A DNA stretch of 64,000 nucleotides from an uncultured Gemmatimonadales bacterium (GCA_963798915.1 CAWCVB010000002.1:352001-416000); one strand, 5' to 3'; counted from the stretch's first letter, positions 46,100-56,077 are shown. Numbers and translations: made by a program. The notes: a model not told the origin generated them from the letters alone.

Positions 46100-46922
46100 T
46101 CAACCGGTTTTGGATCTTCGTTTGGCGAGCAAGTCCTCGCGAGCTTTGGTAACGTAGGGGGAACAGTCGTTACTCTGGCGAGCGCCTCAGACGTTTCAAG
46201 ATAGAAGTCTAGCTCTGCGGGTCACTGTCTCTCCTGTTGAGCAGCCAGGAAAGATTGAAGAGTGCTTCCGCCATGCGTTTGTAGAAGGCCTCGCGAAAGG
46301 TCTGCGCTGAGTCGGAGCCAGCGAAGAACTCGACATCGCCACCGGGGATGTCGAATACGTACTCCTTGTTCAGCCGTGACGCGATTCCCTTTAGCGCGGC
46401 AGTGCGTCTTCCTGAATGAGGTGCGCAGCAATCGCTGTTGATGCTTTATCATCGTGCGCTCGCAGCGAGACAACCTTGTGGCAGAGCAAGCGGTATCCTT
46501 CTGCGTCGTTGCCAGGACGATAGTGTCGATCAAATTGCTCGACCAGGACGAGCTTCAACTTTCTGTAGCGCCCGCGATTCGATAGGAGTGCCGGAAGAAA
46601 GCGCGCAGAATAGAGATCCAGGCTGAGCGTCGCCTGGTCTACGACGCCTACGTAGTAAGGAATCTCAAGGCGGGCGAGAGATGCCAGTTGCGGGACAATG
46701 TCTATTGGACTTCCGCGAACTCTTGACTTGAACGGCGAATCGAGCGCGGGAACCAATACCGGAACTCCATTGTGCGATTGATGCGCGTAGAGCGTGCAGA
46801 ACAGATCGGTGCCAATGTCATCTGCTACCGTTATCGGGCTTCTCGACAAAGGCGACTTTGGAGAGCAAGAACGTTGCGAGGTGCTCATTCTCCCAGCCCG
46901 GGTGCGTATTGGCGAGTGCCAT
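46100..46922 (-). pseudogene. Cassette-borne PD-(D/E)XK (DUF4365-like) nuclease, multiply frameshifted
   Basis: GWENEHLA.FLLS / DDIGTD.FC / FAVQVKS motifs spread over different frames. Confidence 0.55.
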
Positions 46923-47244
46923 GGTGCCTTCACATGGAGCATGCGACGATCTTCGGCCGCCTAACAAGTATTCGACTGCGAACCCGCAGCCTGAGCCAGC
47001 TCCCGTACTATACGGGCCGCTGTCTCGTCCCGAAAGATTGCAAGGTCCTTGATCTTGTGGACGGCTGCCAGGCCGCCGACCGCGATCCGGGCGACGCGGC
47101 TCCAGCAAGCCTCCGTTGAATCGGCACTCATGTTGCACCAGATCTTCAGCGCTGATACCGTGAAGACCCGGGGCCGTCTGTCACCCAATGTCCGACTGGC
47201 GCGCCCCGGCAGCCGCCCAGCACTCTTGCCATAGGACGTGGAGC

Positions 47245-48192
47245 ATGGAACGTCGGCGTCTGTCCCGCCGCCGGTTGCTTCTGCCGCTCGTGCTCGTGGC
47301 GCTCACTGCGCCGGCACCGGCCATGGCCCAGGGCCATCCGGTCGCGAGCAGCCTGGCGCTCCCGCTGGGCGACGGCCGGGTGACCGACCATCCTGAAATC
47401 GGGAACGTTTACGCCTGCCGGTCCACCTTTCGGGCCGGTGGTGCGCGTCACGACGGTCCCTGGTTCGACGGGAAGAGCTGGGATCCCACCCGAAAGCCGC
47501 ACGTGAGCGGCCAGGTCATGTGGCCCGACGCGAGGTTCAGCCTCACGCCAGATGGTGAGGCGCTCACGTTCAAGGGCAACGGGCTCCCGGTGCACGAGCC
47601 CACCGGGGTATTTCCCATCGCACCCACTGATCCGGTCTATCGCTACGACACCAATCCGAACCACATCGGGGCCCAGCGCCTCGACTTCCGCATCCCAGCC
47701 GAACCCGTCGTCAGCTCCCACGCCACCTGCCTGCCCATGGGGATGATCGGCTTCAGCGTCACCGGCGTGGCCTTCTACAACGCCCTCGACGACGCCGGAC
47801 GCGACGCCGCGGCGCACGAGATCCAGGACACCTGCGACGGCCACCCGCAAGCCAATGCGCAGTACCACTATCACAACGCCTCGCCATGCATTCCGGGTGT
47901 CGATGGCGCCGGCCTGGTGGGATGGGCGCTCGATGGGTTCCCGATCCTGGGCATGAAGGACCATGATGGCGCCACGCTCACCGATGCCGACCTCGACGAC
48001 TGCCATGGTCGTCCCGAGCAGGTCATCCTCGACGGGCGCTCCTACGACTACGCCTATCACGTCACGCGCGAATATCCATACACGCTCGGCTGCTTCTCCG
48101 GCGCGCTGCTCGACTCCACGCTCCGGTCCGTGCGCTCGGGCCTGCAACCCTCGCGACGCGGGAGCCGGGGCAGGCAAGGCTTGAACAGATAG
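47245..48192 (+). CDS. Secreted YHYH domain protein
   Basis: GNGLP.H..G.FP, D.CDGHP...YHYH, GWALDGFPI, LDDCHG, YAYHVT..YPY. Confidence 0.88.
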   Translation: MERRRLSRRRLLLPLVLVALTAPAPAMAQGHPVASSLALPLGDGRVTDHPEIGNVYACRSTFRAGGARHDGPWFDGKSWDPTRKPHVSGQVMWPDARFSLTPDGEALTFKGNGLPVHEPTGVFPIAPTDPVYRYDTNPNHIGAQRLDFRIPAEPVVSSHATCLPMGMIGFSVTGVAFYNALDDAGRDAAAHEIQDTCDGHPQANAQYHYHNASPCIPGVDGAGLVGWALDGFPILGMKDHDGATLTDADLDDCHGRPEQVILDGRSYDYAYHVTREYPYTLGCFSGALLDSTLRSVRSGLQPSRRGSRGRQGLNR

Positions 48193-48318
48193 GCACCGGC
48201 CGGGAACTCGGGCACGGCTCGGGCGGCGTCGCTGGGCCGTTCGATCCCTGGCGCAGTCAACGACCGGAGCATGAGCACCGCGATGGCTGCGGTCACCAAC
48301 GCGCCCGCCAGGCTGGGA

Positions 48319-48711
48319 TCAGTGGTGATGCGCGCCGAGCGCGTCGGCCATCAGGTGAGCGGCAGGGGCATCGCTGTCGAACACCATGAAGGTCGACGCA
48401 ATCTGACCCTCGCGCACCGTATGCCACTCGCTGATGGCCATGGTCGCGGCATCCTCCGCGGTCCCGATCTCGATGTCATAGAGCGTCGACACCTGATTCC
48501 CGTCCGCCCATTGCCGGAGGATCCTGAACTCGCGAATGAAGCGGGCCTTCTCCTCCGCGCCGCCAAAGTATTCTGCCTTGCCGCCCGTGCCCTGCTGCAG
48601 CGGCGCCCGAAAGGAAAAATCGTCACGCACCAGGGAGGAAGCCCTCTCCATGTCTCCCGACATGAACGCCTCCAGGAAATTGCTGACGATATGTGCTGGA
48701 CTGCTTGACAT
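48319..48711 (-). CDS. SnoaL/NTF2-like protein
   Basis: Size and pattern: F..AF..GD, EWH.V.EG.I. Confidence 0.75.
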   Translation of the reverse strand: MSSSPAHIVSNFLEAFMSGDMERASSLVRDDFSFRAPLQQGTGGKAEYFGGAEEKARFIREFRILRQWADGNQVSTLYDIEIGTAEDAATMAISEWHTVREGQIASTFMVFDSDAPAAHLMADALGAHHH

Positions 48712-48741
48712 GTACACCTCGCGAACTTTTCGCTGAAGATT

Positions 48742-49340
48742 CTACCCCTGCAGGACTCGGCTGAATTCGCTCCCATCGCGCGAGCCGACCACGAACCGGC
48801 CAATGACGCCAATGGCGCTCAGGATGCCGACGAGGGTCAGGACACCGACCGCAGCCAGTGCGCTGATGATGAACCGGCGCCGGGCCGTCGCAGAGCCGAG
48901 CCCACGCCAGCCGATTGCGCCCCACAGCATCCCCTGCACGAAGAACCACGGTTCATTCAGGAAGACGTCCTGGAGACCTGACCGGCGCCGGTCAATTGTC
49001 GTAAAGAAGGGAAACTCCATGGGCAGCCGCCCGGCAAGGCTGAGTATGCGGGTTGTTTCATCCACCAGCGCGTGCATCACGCAGCCCACGGCGATGATCC
49101 ACGCGACGCCGACCAGCGCCATGCGCGCGCGCGGCCAGCGCCACAGCAGTGGCAGCGCCGCCGCGAGCGCTGCCACCAGCACCAGCAGGACCGCGGCGAC
49201 CCCGTTGACGAAGCGCCATTGCTCCCAGGATACCGGCGTGCCGAAGATCCCGAACCTGCCGCCCAGCGCGTAGTAACCGCGATAGGCCGCATAGAGCAGT
49301 GCCCAGCCGCAGGCGAGCCATGCGAGCCAGGATGACTCAT
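48742..49340 (-). CDS. DUF3995-like membrane protein (start out of frame by 1 nt)
   Basis: W.LLYA..R.YYALGG, EPWF..G.LW; ATG at 49340 needs +1 nt to join the main frame. Confidence 0.55.
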
Positions 49341-49342
49341 GA

Positions 49343-49792
49343 CTACCCACCATGCTGGGCGGAGCGGGGTCGCGCCAGGATGAGTCCAACCAGCGACAGC
49401 AGCAGGAGCAGCAGGAACAATGGCCGCATCGGCCCGGGGGCGCCGACACCGCTCAGCACGACGGCCAGGATGAGCATCGGAGTCGTCCACCAGACCTGCC
49501 AGACCCAGCGGTCTCCGGTGCGGTAGCCTCGCACGCCGCTCACGGCGAGCCAGATGCCCCACGCCAGCAAGGCAATAGCCTCGTGCCGGGACAGCAGTGA
49601 GACCAGCCGGCCGACGCCGGGCTGTGCGCTACGGAGCTGGTCCCAATTCAGGCCGGTCAGGCGTGGTACCACGGCGAGATTTCCCGGAGCGGCGCTGATG
49701 AGGCCCTTGATCCCGAAGGCCAGCGGCACCAGCGCCACCAGTCCGAGCATCATCCAGCCATACGATTCGCGTCGGCTTCCCGGCATGGTCAT
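49343..49792 (-). CDS. Membrane protein
   Basis: ATG after AGGAG; four hydrophobic segments. Confidence 0.6.
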   Translation of the reverse strand: MTMPGSRRESYGWMMLGLVALVPLAFGIKGLISAAPGNLAVVPRLTGLNWDQLRSAQPGVGRLVSLLSRHEAIALLAWGIWLAVSGVRGYRTGDRWVWQVWWTTPMLILAVVLSGVGAPGPMRPLFLLLLLLSLVGLILARPRSAQHGG

Positions 49793-49844
49793 CTCCTGAC
49801 CGGCGTCCCTTGCGTGTCCGCCCTTCGTCAGCCCCCACGCGGCA

Positions 49845-50212
49845 TCAGTCGGCCGAGCCAGCTGATGATGACTCCACGGTGGCCTGGCAGGCGCGTCTCG
49901 GATCGCATCTCTCCACGCATTCCGGGAGTGCGATGCACTGGCACGACATCAAGGCATCGAGCACGGCCAGCATCCCACTGGCCCGCTCCATCCGACGTTC
50001 AACTTCTTCCCGTTTCTTCCCGGCCAGGAGCTGCCACCGTTCCTGGGCCGGCGTGGCCCCGTCGAATCCTGCCAGCAGGTGGCGGATTTCGGCGATGGTG
50101 AATCCGGCATCCTGCGCCAGGCGAATGAGGTCGAGCAGGGCGATGACGGTCCGGTCATAGCGCCGCTGCCCGCCCACGCGCTCGGGCGGCGGCACCAGTC
50201 CGACGCTCTCAT
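49845..50212 (-). pseudogene. SoxR-like MerR family regulator lacking its N-terminal HTH
   Basis: ESVGL.P.PERVGGQRRY, AQ.AGFTIAEI, CQC....C; ATG abuts the ESVGL segment out of frame. Confidence 0.75.
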
Positions 50213-50219
50213 GCGCCCC

Positions 50220-50250
50220 TTGCCTTCAAGTGCACTTGAACGTTTAACGT
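50220..50250 (+). promoter_or_regulatory. MerR/SoxR-type promoter with 19-bp spacer and dyad operator
   Basis: TTGCCT-N19-TAACGT containing the perfect palindrome TTCAAGTGCACTTGAA (50225-50240). Confidence 0.8.
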
Positions 50251-50678
50251 CGCTGCAGATGGGCCGCAACCACGATGGATGCGTCTCCACATGCCAGCCT
50301 CCAGCAGGAGAGAAAAGGGTGACTGACGGACGAATCGGGACGCCAGAGCGGCAGCCCGCGCCGAAGCCGTCACCATGAGCAGCGAGCGAAGGCGTCCGCT
50401 CAATATCGTCCGGGATCCAGAGCTTGCGGTCGGCGCGTTCTGCGACCTGCCACCTGCCGGCCTGAGAACCGCCAGGCGTACCTGCGAGAGGTCGCAGCGC
50501 TGGCCTCGAGCGTGCGCGCATTCGCCCATGGCGTCGTCCTGCCGGCGCGTCGGAAGAAATCGTGAAGCGGAATCCATCGGGGTCCCGAAGGCGGATCATG
50601 CGTGCGCCCGAGAGAACAACAGTCGCGACCGCGCCATGCAAGGTCCTTCGTGCAAGCAGGGCCCAGCGGAGTCGTGCG

Positions 50679-51035
50679 CTAGGAGCCGGTTCCGAGTGGC
50701 GGAGCGGCCGGCGCGACCCCCGGGCATTCACCGGGCGCTCTCGGCCGCATCTCGATGACATCGCGAACGTCCAGGAAATGCCGGCCGCCATAGATGCTGC
50801 CGGAATCCCGCTGCACCGCGCGGAGCCGGACGAAAACCGGCTGCCGGGCCGAGTCGGCCATCGCCTCGAATCTGGCCGAGAGCGCCGAGTCCCGGACCCG
50901 CATGATCATTGTGGCGTCATCGCAGGGAAAGAATACGCCGGCGCTGTCCTGGCTCAGGTAGAGCCCACGAACCTCTGTTGGACGGTGACATGCCGCCAGC
51001 AGGCCGACCAGCAGGATTGTCGAACATGAACGCAT
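50679..51035 (-). CDS. Lipoprotein (NlpE C-terminal OB-fold-like)
   Basis: LAAC lipobox; GLY...F.PC...PVFV.L. Confidence 0.6.
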   Translation of the reverse strand: MRSCSTILLVGLLAACHRPTEVRGLYLSQDSAGVFFPCDDATMIMRVRDSALSARFEAMADSARQPVFVRLRAVQRDSGSIYGGRHFLDVRDVIEMRPRAPGECPGVAPAAPPLGTGS

Positions 51036-51176
51036 GGGAACCTCCCTGGCGGCAGCAGATCAGCAGGGGCGGGTGAATGTCCACACGTCAATGTTCATTG
51101 CCAGCCCGGCCGGCGCCAGTGCCGCGGGCCGCAGTGCGCGCGTGCCGTCAGCGGATGACGTAATCCTCAAGCCAAC

Positions 51177-52661
51177 CTATTGAACGGCAAAGCTCGCCTG
51201 CAGGGCCCGCTGCGCCCGGCTGCTGGCCAGGTTCCACTCGAACCAGCGGCGTCGGAGTCCGCCGCTCGACTTGGCATAGCGCTTCTGCACCGCCAGGCGG
51301 ATCTCGGACTGGATCGGTTCGGGAAGGGCAGGGAGCCGTTCCGCGAGAGCCGGGATGGCATCGGGCGAAAGCGCCTGTGTCAGGTAGGCGACATCGAGCT
51401 TCCCGGTGCTCGCGTACCGGTCCAGGTTGCGCCTGGCAATCCAGGCTTCGTGGTTCCAGTAGATGAGTGCGATGAAGAGGAGCGTGGCCGCCGCCGCGGC
51501 TCGGCGGAACAGGCGGCCCGCATCGAAGTCACTGGCGACCTCGAGCCAGAGCAACGCCAGCCCGGCGGCGACGGCGCACAGATACACCTGGACATACAGT
51601 CGCGCGGTGGTGAATCCGTACGCCGCCTCGTATAGCCATACCCGGCGGAAGGCAGAGATGAGCAGCAGCAGCACCGCCGCGATGACCGCAAAGGTCAGCA
51701 GGCGGAGAGTGCGCGCTCGACCGTCATCGTTACCGTAGCGTTCGGAGATGACAATGAGCAGTGCGCTCGCCGACGCGACCACCGACAGCTCGCCAAAACC
51801 ACGGTGGACGTACTCGGCGAACGTCATTCCCGAGGCGGGAATCCGCGGAAGGTTGCCAAAGAAATAGCCCAGCTGAACAGTCAGGAAGAGCCAGAAGAGC
51901 GCGGCGACACCGGCCAGCAGGATAGTGCGCTCGGTCGATCCGAACCATCGGTCGGGTTGCCTGCTTTCCACTGCCGGAGCAGTTGCCCGGTGTACCGACG
52001 CATATCCATACGCGCCGAGCACGACCACGAGCAGGGCGACGAAGAAGATGACGCGCGGGACGAAGTCCCAGCTGGCAAACAGGTTTCCGATGGCGTCGCG
52101 GCCTGCCGCGAAGAGTGGGTCGGCCCCGGCCAGCAGAAGCGCAAAGGCGATGAGGACAGGCAGGGTAATGATGAGGCCGCGGACCCACGCGCGGGCGCGG
52201 CTTGACCGGATGAGGTCGGTGGCTTCCACCGCTCGGCGCATCGCCTGAGGCACCGCATGCCTGAACGCCATGACTGGTGCGGTGGCGGCAAAGCGGGCTG
52301 TAACCGCCCGGAGGGACAGGCCGGCGCTCAACAGCATCTGCATCGCCAGGAGGAAGATGATGGCGAGGCAGATCAGCACCGACAGCTGCGGGCTGGCAGT
52401 CACCGCCGCCGCCCCGGCAATCGCGACTCCGGCGGCGCCCAGGAGCTGGACTGACGGTGCAGGGAGGCCATGCCGCCGCAGAACCAGCAGCAGACCGGCC
52501 GTGGCCGCGGCGGTCCACAGGACCCAGTTGATGCCGGGCATGGCATCGTACAGCATCCAGCTCCCCAACCCTGCCACTGCTGCGGCGGTGACCCAGAGCG
52601 TTCCGGGTCCACCGGTTACCGGGCCTGCAACCGGGCTCTGATCGTCGGATATATGGCTCAT
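51177..52661 (-). CDS. DUF4153/DUF4173 family membrane protein
   Basis: LL..ADP.F, Q..YFFG, AEYVHRGFGEL, YE.AYGFT..R, D..YL..LS.DA.P. Confidence 0.88.
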   Translation of the reverse strand: MSHISDDQSPVAGPVTGGPGTLWVTAAAVAGLGSWMLYDAMPGINWVLWTAAATAGLLLVLRRHGLPAPSVQLLGAAGVAIAGAAAVTASPQLSVLICLAIIFLLAMQMLLSAGLSLRAVTARFAATAPVMAFRHAVPQAMRRAVEATDLIRSSRARAWVRGLIITLPVLIAFALLLAGADPLFAAGRDAIGNLFASWDFVPRVIFFVALLVVVLGAYGYASVHRATAPAVESRQPDRWFGSTERTILLAGVAALFWLFLTVQLGYFFGNLPRIPASGMTFAEYVHRGFGELSVVASASALLIVISERYGNDDGRARTLRLLTFAVIAAVLLLLISAFRRVWLYEAAYGFTTARLYVQVYLCAVAAGLALLWLEVASDFDAGRLFRRAAAAATLLFIALIYWNHEAWIARRNLDRYASTGKLDVAYLTQALSPDAIPALAERLPALPEPIQSEIRLAVQKRYAKSSGGLRRRWFEWNLASSRAQRALQASFAVQ

Positions 52662-52669
52662 GGGTGCCG

Positions 52670-52717
52670 AATATCCGCAAAGTGGCCATTATTGTCAAGT
52701 ACTTTGTAGTCTAAAGT
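52670..52717 (-). promoter_or_regulatory. Sigma70-like promoter with adjacent inverted-repeat operator
   Basis: TTGACA-N17-GATATT; ACTTTGTAGTCTAAAGT dyad at 52701-52717. Confidence 0.65.
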
Positions 52718-52751
52718 TACTCAGGGTCGCTTGGGCCCTTCGACCCGTGCC

Positions 52752-53261
52752 TCAGTGCCCGGCGGGTGGCGCTGTCGGCGCTGAAACTCCGCTGAACATG
52801 TCCACGACGTAGCGCCAGCGGCCGTCGGCACCCCTGCGCAGGACCTCGGTGTATTTCACCGTATCCGAAACGCCGCCCATTGCAAAGGTCGCGGTGCCGA
52901 CCTGGTAGGCCAGGTCGCCCGCCCCGTATGTGATTGTCGGCGTGAGCACAAAATCGCGTGCGCCGGCGGTGATCAGGCCCGCGATGACCGGGTGACCTGC
53001 ATTGCCCTCCAGGATCGGGGAGTCGGGTGGCAGGATCCTGGCGTCGGCGGCGTAGACTGCCAGCACGGCGGCCGTGTCACCGGCGTTCACGCCGGCGGCG
53101 AACGCGGCGTCAACTGCCTTGACCGAATCGAGCGCCGCTGCCGAGAGTGCCGACGATGCGCCGGTTGATGTGGCGCCGGCCGGTGCGTCCGGCGTCGGCG
53201 CGCAGGCAACGGCGAGGAGGCCAAAGGCGGTCAGGGAAGAAAAGAGGGCGGACAGGCGCAT
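52752..53261 (-). CDS. DUF4440/SnoaL-like lipoprotein
   Basis: AVAC lipobox, YAADA.ILPP, GDLAY..G, R.ADG.WR...D. Confidence 0.8.
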   Translation of the reverse strand: MRLSALFSSLTAFGLLAVACAPTPDAPAGATSTGASSALSAAALDSVKAVDAAFAAGVNAGDTAAVLAVYAADARILPPDSPILEGNAGHPVIAGLITAGARDFVLTPTITYGAGDLAYQVGTATFAMGGVSDTVKYTEVLRRGADGRWRYVVDMFSGVSAPTAPPAGH

Positions 53262-53499
53262 TGGTCGAGCTCCGGGGGCAAGGGGACACTTGGTGTGGGC
53301 GCGTCGACTCCAGATATCCGTCCAATCTGGTCATCTGGCAAGGTCGCTGGACGATCGACGGCGCCCCGGCGCCGTCGCTTGCCACCGGATCGCCGGCGTC
53401 TGGCCGACATCAATCCGGTGCGCTTCACGTTGCTCAGTGCGGTCGTCGGGGCGTCGGTGTGCGCTGAGGCGCCCGGCATCGAGCCCCGGACCCATCCGC

Positions 53500-53670
53500 T
53501 CAACCGACCGCCTGCTTCAGGAGCGCCACGATGCGTGCCTCGGTGCCCGCCGTCTCGCGGGCGCGTTCCTTCATTGCGGCGCACTCATCATCCGTGAATC
53601 CGGTGGACTGATTGTTCCTTGTGGTGGCGCGCTTGCAGGATTGCTGCGTCTGGTTCCTGGGCGGCCTCCT
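53500..53670 (-). pseudogene. DUF1801/YdhG-like protein reduced to its N- and C-termini
   Basis: GFTDDECAAMKERARE joined to TAGTEARIVALLKQAVG*; strong SD but no start codon. Confidence 0.65.
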
Positions 53671-53672
53671 TC

Positions 53673-54176
53673 CTAGAGCCAGCGACGGACAGCGCGCTGG
53701 TACGAGAGGTACTCTGACGGAAACCGAGTCTCGAGGTAGCGCTCTTCCCGCGGAATGACCACCATCGCCATGAGGGCGAGCGCCGGGATTACTGCAAGCA
53801 GCAAGGCAAGACTGTCCAGCCATGCAGCGAGTCCCACCTGAAAAAGCGTGAAAGCGAGATAGATGGGATTTCGGGTGAACCCATATGGCCCCGCCCGAAC
53901 AATCCGGGCGGTGGGGCGGTTGCCCGGGACGGGCGTGCCCGCCTTTCGGAAGGTGCGCACTGCGGAAATGAAGAGGACAGCGGCGGCGAGCACGACCAAG
54001 ACACCAATCGGAACGGCGACCGAACCGGGCAGCCATCGTGCCGGCCAGAACAGGTGAACGATCAGGCCGAGAGCAATGGAAGCCAGGTAGACAAAGGGCG
54101 GGCGGACAAGTCCGAGGTTGGCAGCCTCCACCCCGGGCTGTCCGGCGTGGATCTCGTGTTCAGCATCATGCGTCAT
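53673..54176 (-). CDS. Isoprenylcysteine carboxylmethyltransferase / PEMT family
   Basis: GPYGFTRNPIYL, EERYL..RF..EY..Y...VRRW. Confidence 0.9.
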   Translation of the reverse strand: MTHDAEHEIHAGQPGVEAANLGLVRPPFVYLASIALGLIVHLFWPARWLPGSVAVPIGVLVVLAAAVLFISAVRTFRKAGTPVPGNRPTARIVRAGPYGFTRNPIYLAFTLFQVGLAAWLDSLALLLAVIPALALMAMVVIPREERYLETRFPSEYLSYQRAVRRWL

Positions 54177-54841
54177 ACGGAGCCACAGCCATCAGCGCAG
54201 GCCGACCGGCCACGCAATCCTTCCACGCCTTCCCACGCGATCAAGGGCACCATGGCGAGCGCTGCGGCAGCATCGGCCCACCACCATGCAACCAGGGCAT
54301 TGAGGAGCAGGCCAGCCAGCAGGATGGCGGACAGGTAGGTGCAGATCATGGTCTGCTTCGCCTCAGCGGCCAGTGCGCCGCTCCCGAGGCTGAGGGCGAT
54401 GCGGCGCTTGGCGTGCGCCAGATAGGGCATGACGACAAGGGAGGCGGTGGCGAGGGCGATGCCGATCCAGCTCTCGCTCGGCGCCTGACGCGAGATCAGT
54501 GCGCTGCCGGCCTCTGCGCCGACGTAGATCGCCAGGCCAATGAAGCAGGCGCCGATGATGCGGTGAGCTCTCCGCTCCGCGGCCGCACGGCGACCTGCAT
54601 CGGCGTCGGCATTGAGGCGCCAGATCGCGGCCAGGCTGGCTGTCAGTTCGATCACGCTGTCGACGCCGAACCCTACCAGCGCAATACTCCCCGCGAGCGC
54701 GCCAGCACCAATCGCCACGAACCCTTCCAGGCTATTGTAGGCGAGCGTAGCATAGTTCAGGCGACGGCTGCGCTGCACGAGCGCTGTCCGACCAGCTGGA
54801 GGCGGGCGGGACGTATTTGGCCTATCCCTGTGCGGGCGCAT
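54173..54841 (-). CDS. CDF-type cation transporter (TM domain only)
   Basis: YN.LEG, SIALVGFG.DS.IE, WWWAD. Confidence 0.85.
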   Translation of the reverse strand: MRPHRDRPNTSRPPPAGRTALVQRSRRLNYATLAYNSLEGFVAIGAGALAGSIALVGFGVDSVIELTASLAAIWRLNADADAGRRAAAERRAHRIIGACFIGLAIYVGAEAGSALISRQAPSESWIGIALATASLVVMPYLAHAKRRIALSLGSGALAAEAKQTMICTYLSAILLAGLLLNALVAWWWADAAAALAMVPLIAWEGVEGLRGRSACADGCGSV

Positions 54842-55403
54842 AGGTGGCAAGTACCACGCCCTTGGCCGTGGTACTGCTGTCAATCAGTCTCAGCGCGGCG
54901 TACGTGCCGCCGGCAAAGAACCGTCTCCCGGTGCCCAGCACCAGGGGATGGATCATCAGCAGGTACTCGTCGATCAGATCAGCGACCATCAGCGAGCCGA
55001 TCAGCACGCCGCTGCCCATGATCACGAGGTTCGCGTCCGAACTTCGCTTCAGGTCCGCCACGGCGCCAGGAACGTCACCGTGCAGGAGCGTCGAGTTCGG
55101 CCACGGAATTTCTGCCGCTGGGTTGCGCGAAGCGACATACTTCGGGGTGTTGTTGAGCGCGTCCTTGAACGGCCCGCCCCGGGCATTCCAGGTGGCCAGC
55201 AGGTCTTCGTACGTGCGCCGCCCGAACAGGAACGCGTGCTCCGCGCCCATCCGTTCGCCCATCTTGGCGCCGATCGCCTGGTCGCTGCCCGCGACCGCCC
55301 AGCCGCCCAGCGCAAAGCCATCGCGGGTATCCTCGTCCGGGCGGCCCGGCCCCTGCATCACGCCGTCAAGCGTGATGGAATTCATCACGATTACCTTGCC
55401 CAT
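54822..55403 (-). CDS. Dihydrofolate reductase family (RibD C-terminal) protein
   Basis: TLDGVMQGPG, FGRRTY, KYVAS, GSG.L, HP.VLG.G. Confidence 0.88.
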   Translation of the reverse strand: MGKVIVMNSITLDGVMQGPGRPDEDTRDGFALGGWAVAGSDQAIGAKMGERMGAEHAFLFGRRTYEDLLATWNARGGPFKDALNNTPKYVASRNPAAEIPWPNSTLLHGDVPGAVADLKRSSDANLVIMGSGVLIGSLMVADLIDEYLLMIHPLVLGTGRRFFAGGTYAALRLIDSSTTAKGVVLATYAPAQG

Positions 55404-55465
55404 GTCCTCTCCTTTTTATTTCCGCCAGGGTGGCACCGCTACGCGCGCTCACGACTTCTTCGCCA

Positions 55466-56044
55466 CTACTTGAGAGAGCTGCCAAGGCCGAGTTCGGCCA
55501 GGAGATCGTTGCTCTGCCGGATGGTAGCGAACTCGCCATGCAGGCTGGCCAGCCCGAGCCGATGCATCTGCTCGGCGGTGTACTGCGTACCGTCGTGCCC
55601 GACCCGATCGAAGGTGGCCGTCGCGTCCGCAACGACGACCGTGGCAAAGCCCAGGTTGGCGGCCATGCGCGCCGTGGTGGAAACACAGTGGTCAGTCGTG
55701 AGGCCGGCAAGTACCAGCGCCTCGATCTGGTGCTCGCGGAGATACTGCTCGAGCGCCGTACCGATGAAGGCGCTGTTGACCTGCTTCTGGAAGACGGGCT
55801 CCCCCGGTGCTGGCGTTGCCTCCGGCTTGAAGGCGTTGCCGGCCTGACCGGGCCGAAGCGGCGAGCCGGGCTCGCGCGACATGTGCTGGACGTGCATGAC
55901 GGGCCGACCGCTGGAGCGCCATCCGTCCAGCAGTTCCGCGATATGTCGCTCGGCGTCCGGATTGTTTCGCGCGCCCCAGCAGGGATCATCGAACCCCTGC
56001 TGGACATCGATCAGCAACAGCGCGGTGTTCTGGGAATCGATCAT
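55466..56044 (-). CDS. Isochorismatase-like cysteine hydrolase
   Basis: LLIDVQ, K..NSAF, TDHCVSTTAR. Confidence 0.9.
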   Translation of the reverse strand: MIDSQNTALLLIDVQQGFDDPCWGARNNPDAERHIAELLDGWRSSGRPVMHVQHMSREPGSPLRPGQAGNAFKPEATPAPGEPVFQKQVNSAFIGTALEQYLREHQIEALVLAGLTTDHCVSTTARMAANLGFATVVVADATATFDRVGHDGTQYTAEQMHRLGLASLHGEFATIRQSNDLLAELGLGSSLK

Positions 56045-56077
56045 GCCCACTCCGATGTCCGACGATGTGTAAGCCGT

